Positions 62,939-64,000 of a DNA stretch of 64,000 bases are shown piece after piece. The DNA is from an uncultured Collinsella sp. (GTDB lineage Bacteria; Actinomycetota; Coriobacteriia; Coriobacteriales; Coriobacteriaceae): the NCBI GenBank assembly GCA_902488525.1, contig CABTWP010000001.1, forward strand, positions 19,970 to 83,969, read 5' to 3'. The notes below the pieces were generated by a model, which saw only the letters and a list, made by a program, of their open reading frames with translations, was not told the origin of the DNA and did not search any database. The position numbers and the translations under genes are program-made. How positions within the stretch are numbered: the stretch's first letter is position 1; the number at the start of each line of letters is the position of its first letter.

Positions 62939-64000
62939 TCTCGCCCTCCTTCGGCTCGAACAGCGATGCGATAGCCGCGCCCGCCTGCGCCTTCTTGGCA
63001 TCCGACTCGATGCGCTGGATCTGCTCGTCCGTGTAGTCGAGCATCTCGTAGGCCACCGTGGAGTTGGCGAGCTTCGGGAGCGCCTGCACCTGCTTGAGCA
63101 GCGCGTCGGACAGGCTCACCGTGGACGGGTACGCCGGGGACAGGAATCGCGGGTTGATCTCATGCCCCGCGTCGCGCTCGGTGGCGAAATCGGTGCCGTT
63201 CGCCACGGCGAGCGCCATGTAGGCCACGTTGCGCAGCGCCGTGCCGTTGTCGCGGTTGAGGTTCTTGGCGTCGATGACCAAGGGCTCCAGGGACGCGGCG
63301 ATAGCGTCCGAGGAGGACGGGTTGTCGTTGGACACGCCGAAGAAGCTCACCGGCACGTTGGTCACGGCCGACATCTGGCAGGCGAGCTGGCGCAGGTACT
63401 CCGTGAGCGGTGCCATCTGGAGCTGCGCGGACTGCCAGACCGTGGGCTTGTCGCCGTCCGGGTCTTTCGTGATCTCGTTGACCGCGCCCATCGAGGCGTC
63501 GTACTTGTTGCCGTCGTTGAGCATCTTCTTGTAGGTGCCCAGTAGCCAAGTCTGCGGCAGGGTCGCCGCCTCGGCGGCGACCTCCATGCGGGCGCGCTGC
63601 CGGATCGCGTCGTCGGTGATGCTCATCACGGAGCGGCTGATGCGCGAGGTGCCGAAGGGGCGCTCGAGCGTCGCGCCGTGGGCCATCGGCTCCATCAGGC
63701 AGCGCCCCATCGAGTGCTCGCGGTACTCGGCGACCCACGAGCCGCCGTCGCGCGTGAGCACCACGAGGCTGTCGGCTGTGAGCAGGTGCACCACGGTCGG
63801 CACGCGCTCGGCGTCGCCGGGCATCTTCTTGGACTCCGCCACGACGATGCCCGCCCTGATGGCCTTGCGAGCGTCGTCCCACAGGGCCGCCGCCGCGGTG
63901 GCGGGGTATGCCGAGATGACCGGGTAGCCGCCGCCGTCCGTCACGGTCCAGAAGCCGCAGCAGTGCTTCAGCTCGCCGATGAGGTTCTTGCGGTAGAGGC
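62919..64000 (-). CDS. Portal protein (5' end outside the window)
   Basis: RPFGTSRISRSVMS, DNPSSSDAI; frame open to the window edge. Confidence 0.88.
   Translation of the reverse strand, partial: LYRKNLIGELKHCCGFWTVTDGGGYPVISAYPATAAAALWDDARKAIRAGIVVAESKKMPGDAERVPTVVHLLTADSLVVLTRDGGSWVAEYREHSMGRCLMEPMAHGATLERPFGTSRISRSVMSITDDAIRQRARMEVAAEAATLPQTWLLGTYKKMLNDGNKYDASMGAVNEITKDPDGDKPTVWQSAQLQMAPLTEYLRQLACQMSAVTNVPVSFFGVSNDNPSSSDAIAASLEPLVIDAKNLNRDNGTALRNVAYMALAVANGTDFATERDAGHEINPRFLSPAYPSTVSLSDALLKQVQALPKLANSTVAYEMLDYTDEQIQRIESDAKKAQAGAAIASLFEPKEGENGGGAD

Larger units (their letters stand above)
43929..64000 (-). mobile_element. Prophage, siphovirus-type late region; continues beyond the window
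   Basis: Canonical order: portal, head morphogenesis, scaffold, capsid, connectors, tail tube, chaperones, tape measure, Dit, Tal, baseplate, holin, endolysin. Confidence 0.97.

Noticed and set aside
49679..64000. A second VR in another phage gene
   Set aside because: No further TR-like sequence was seen by eye in this window; one could exist in the rest of the prophage

Overview
High-GC actinobacterial chromosome, most likely Coriobacteriia (Collinsella-like). This is inferred from gene content and order, not from a database search. Bases 1-43.9 kb are ordinary core genes, almost all on the minus strand: dxr-cdsA-uppS-frr-pyrH-tsf-rpsB, xerC-trmFO-dprA-comM-yraN-rnhB-rplS, ppdK and its regulator, glyQS, lepB-trmD-rimM-khpA-rpsP, dinB (plus strand), rsfS-yqeK-nadD-obgE-rpmA-rplU, a radical SAM pair, rodA-pbp-mreDCB and a P-type ATPase. 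From about 43.93 kb to the window end lies the late-gene half of a siphovirus-type prophage (portal, head, tail and lysis genes). Between its tail and lysis modules is an apparently complete diversity-generating retroelement (DGR): target gene with variable repeat (VR), avd, template repeat (TR) and reverse transcriptase. TR and VR align over 129 nt with 11 mismatches, 9 of them at TR adenines. Other signals worth checking: a long-range RNA pairing bracketing the TR, a head-morphogenesis protein with a C-terminal nuclease-like domain but no immunity gene, a shared phage promoter motif, a -1 frameshift in the tail chaperone, a probable att junction that appears to split a gene, and a host REP-like repeat family.
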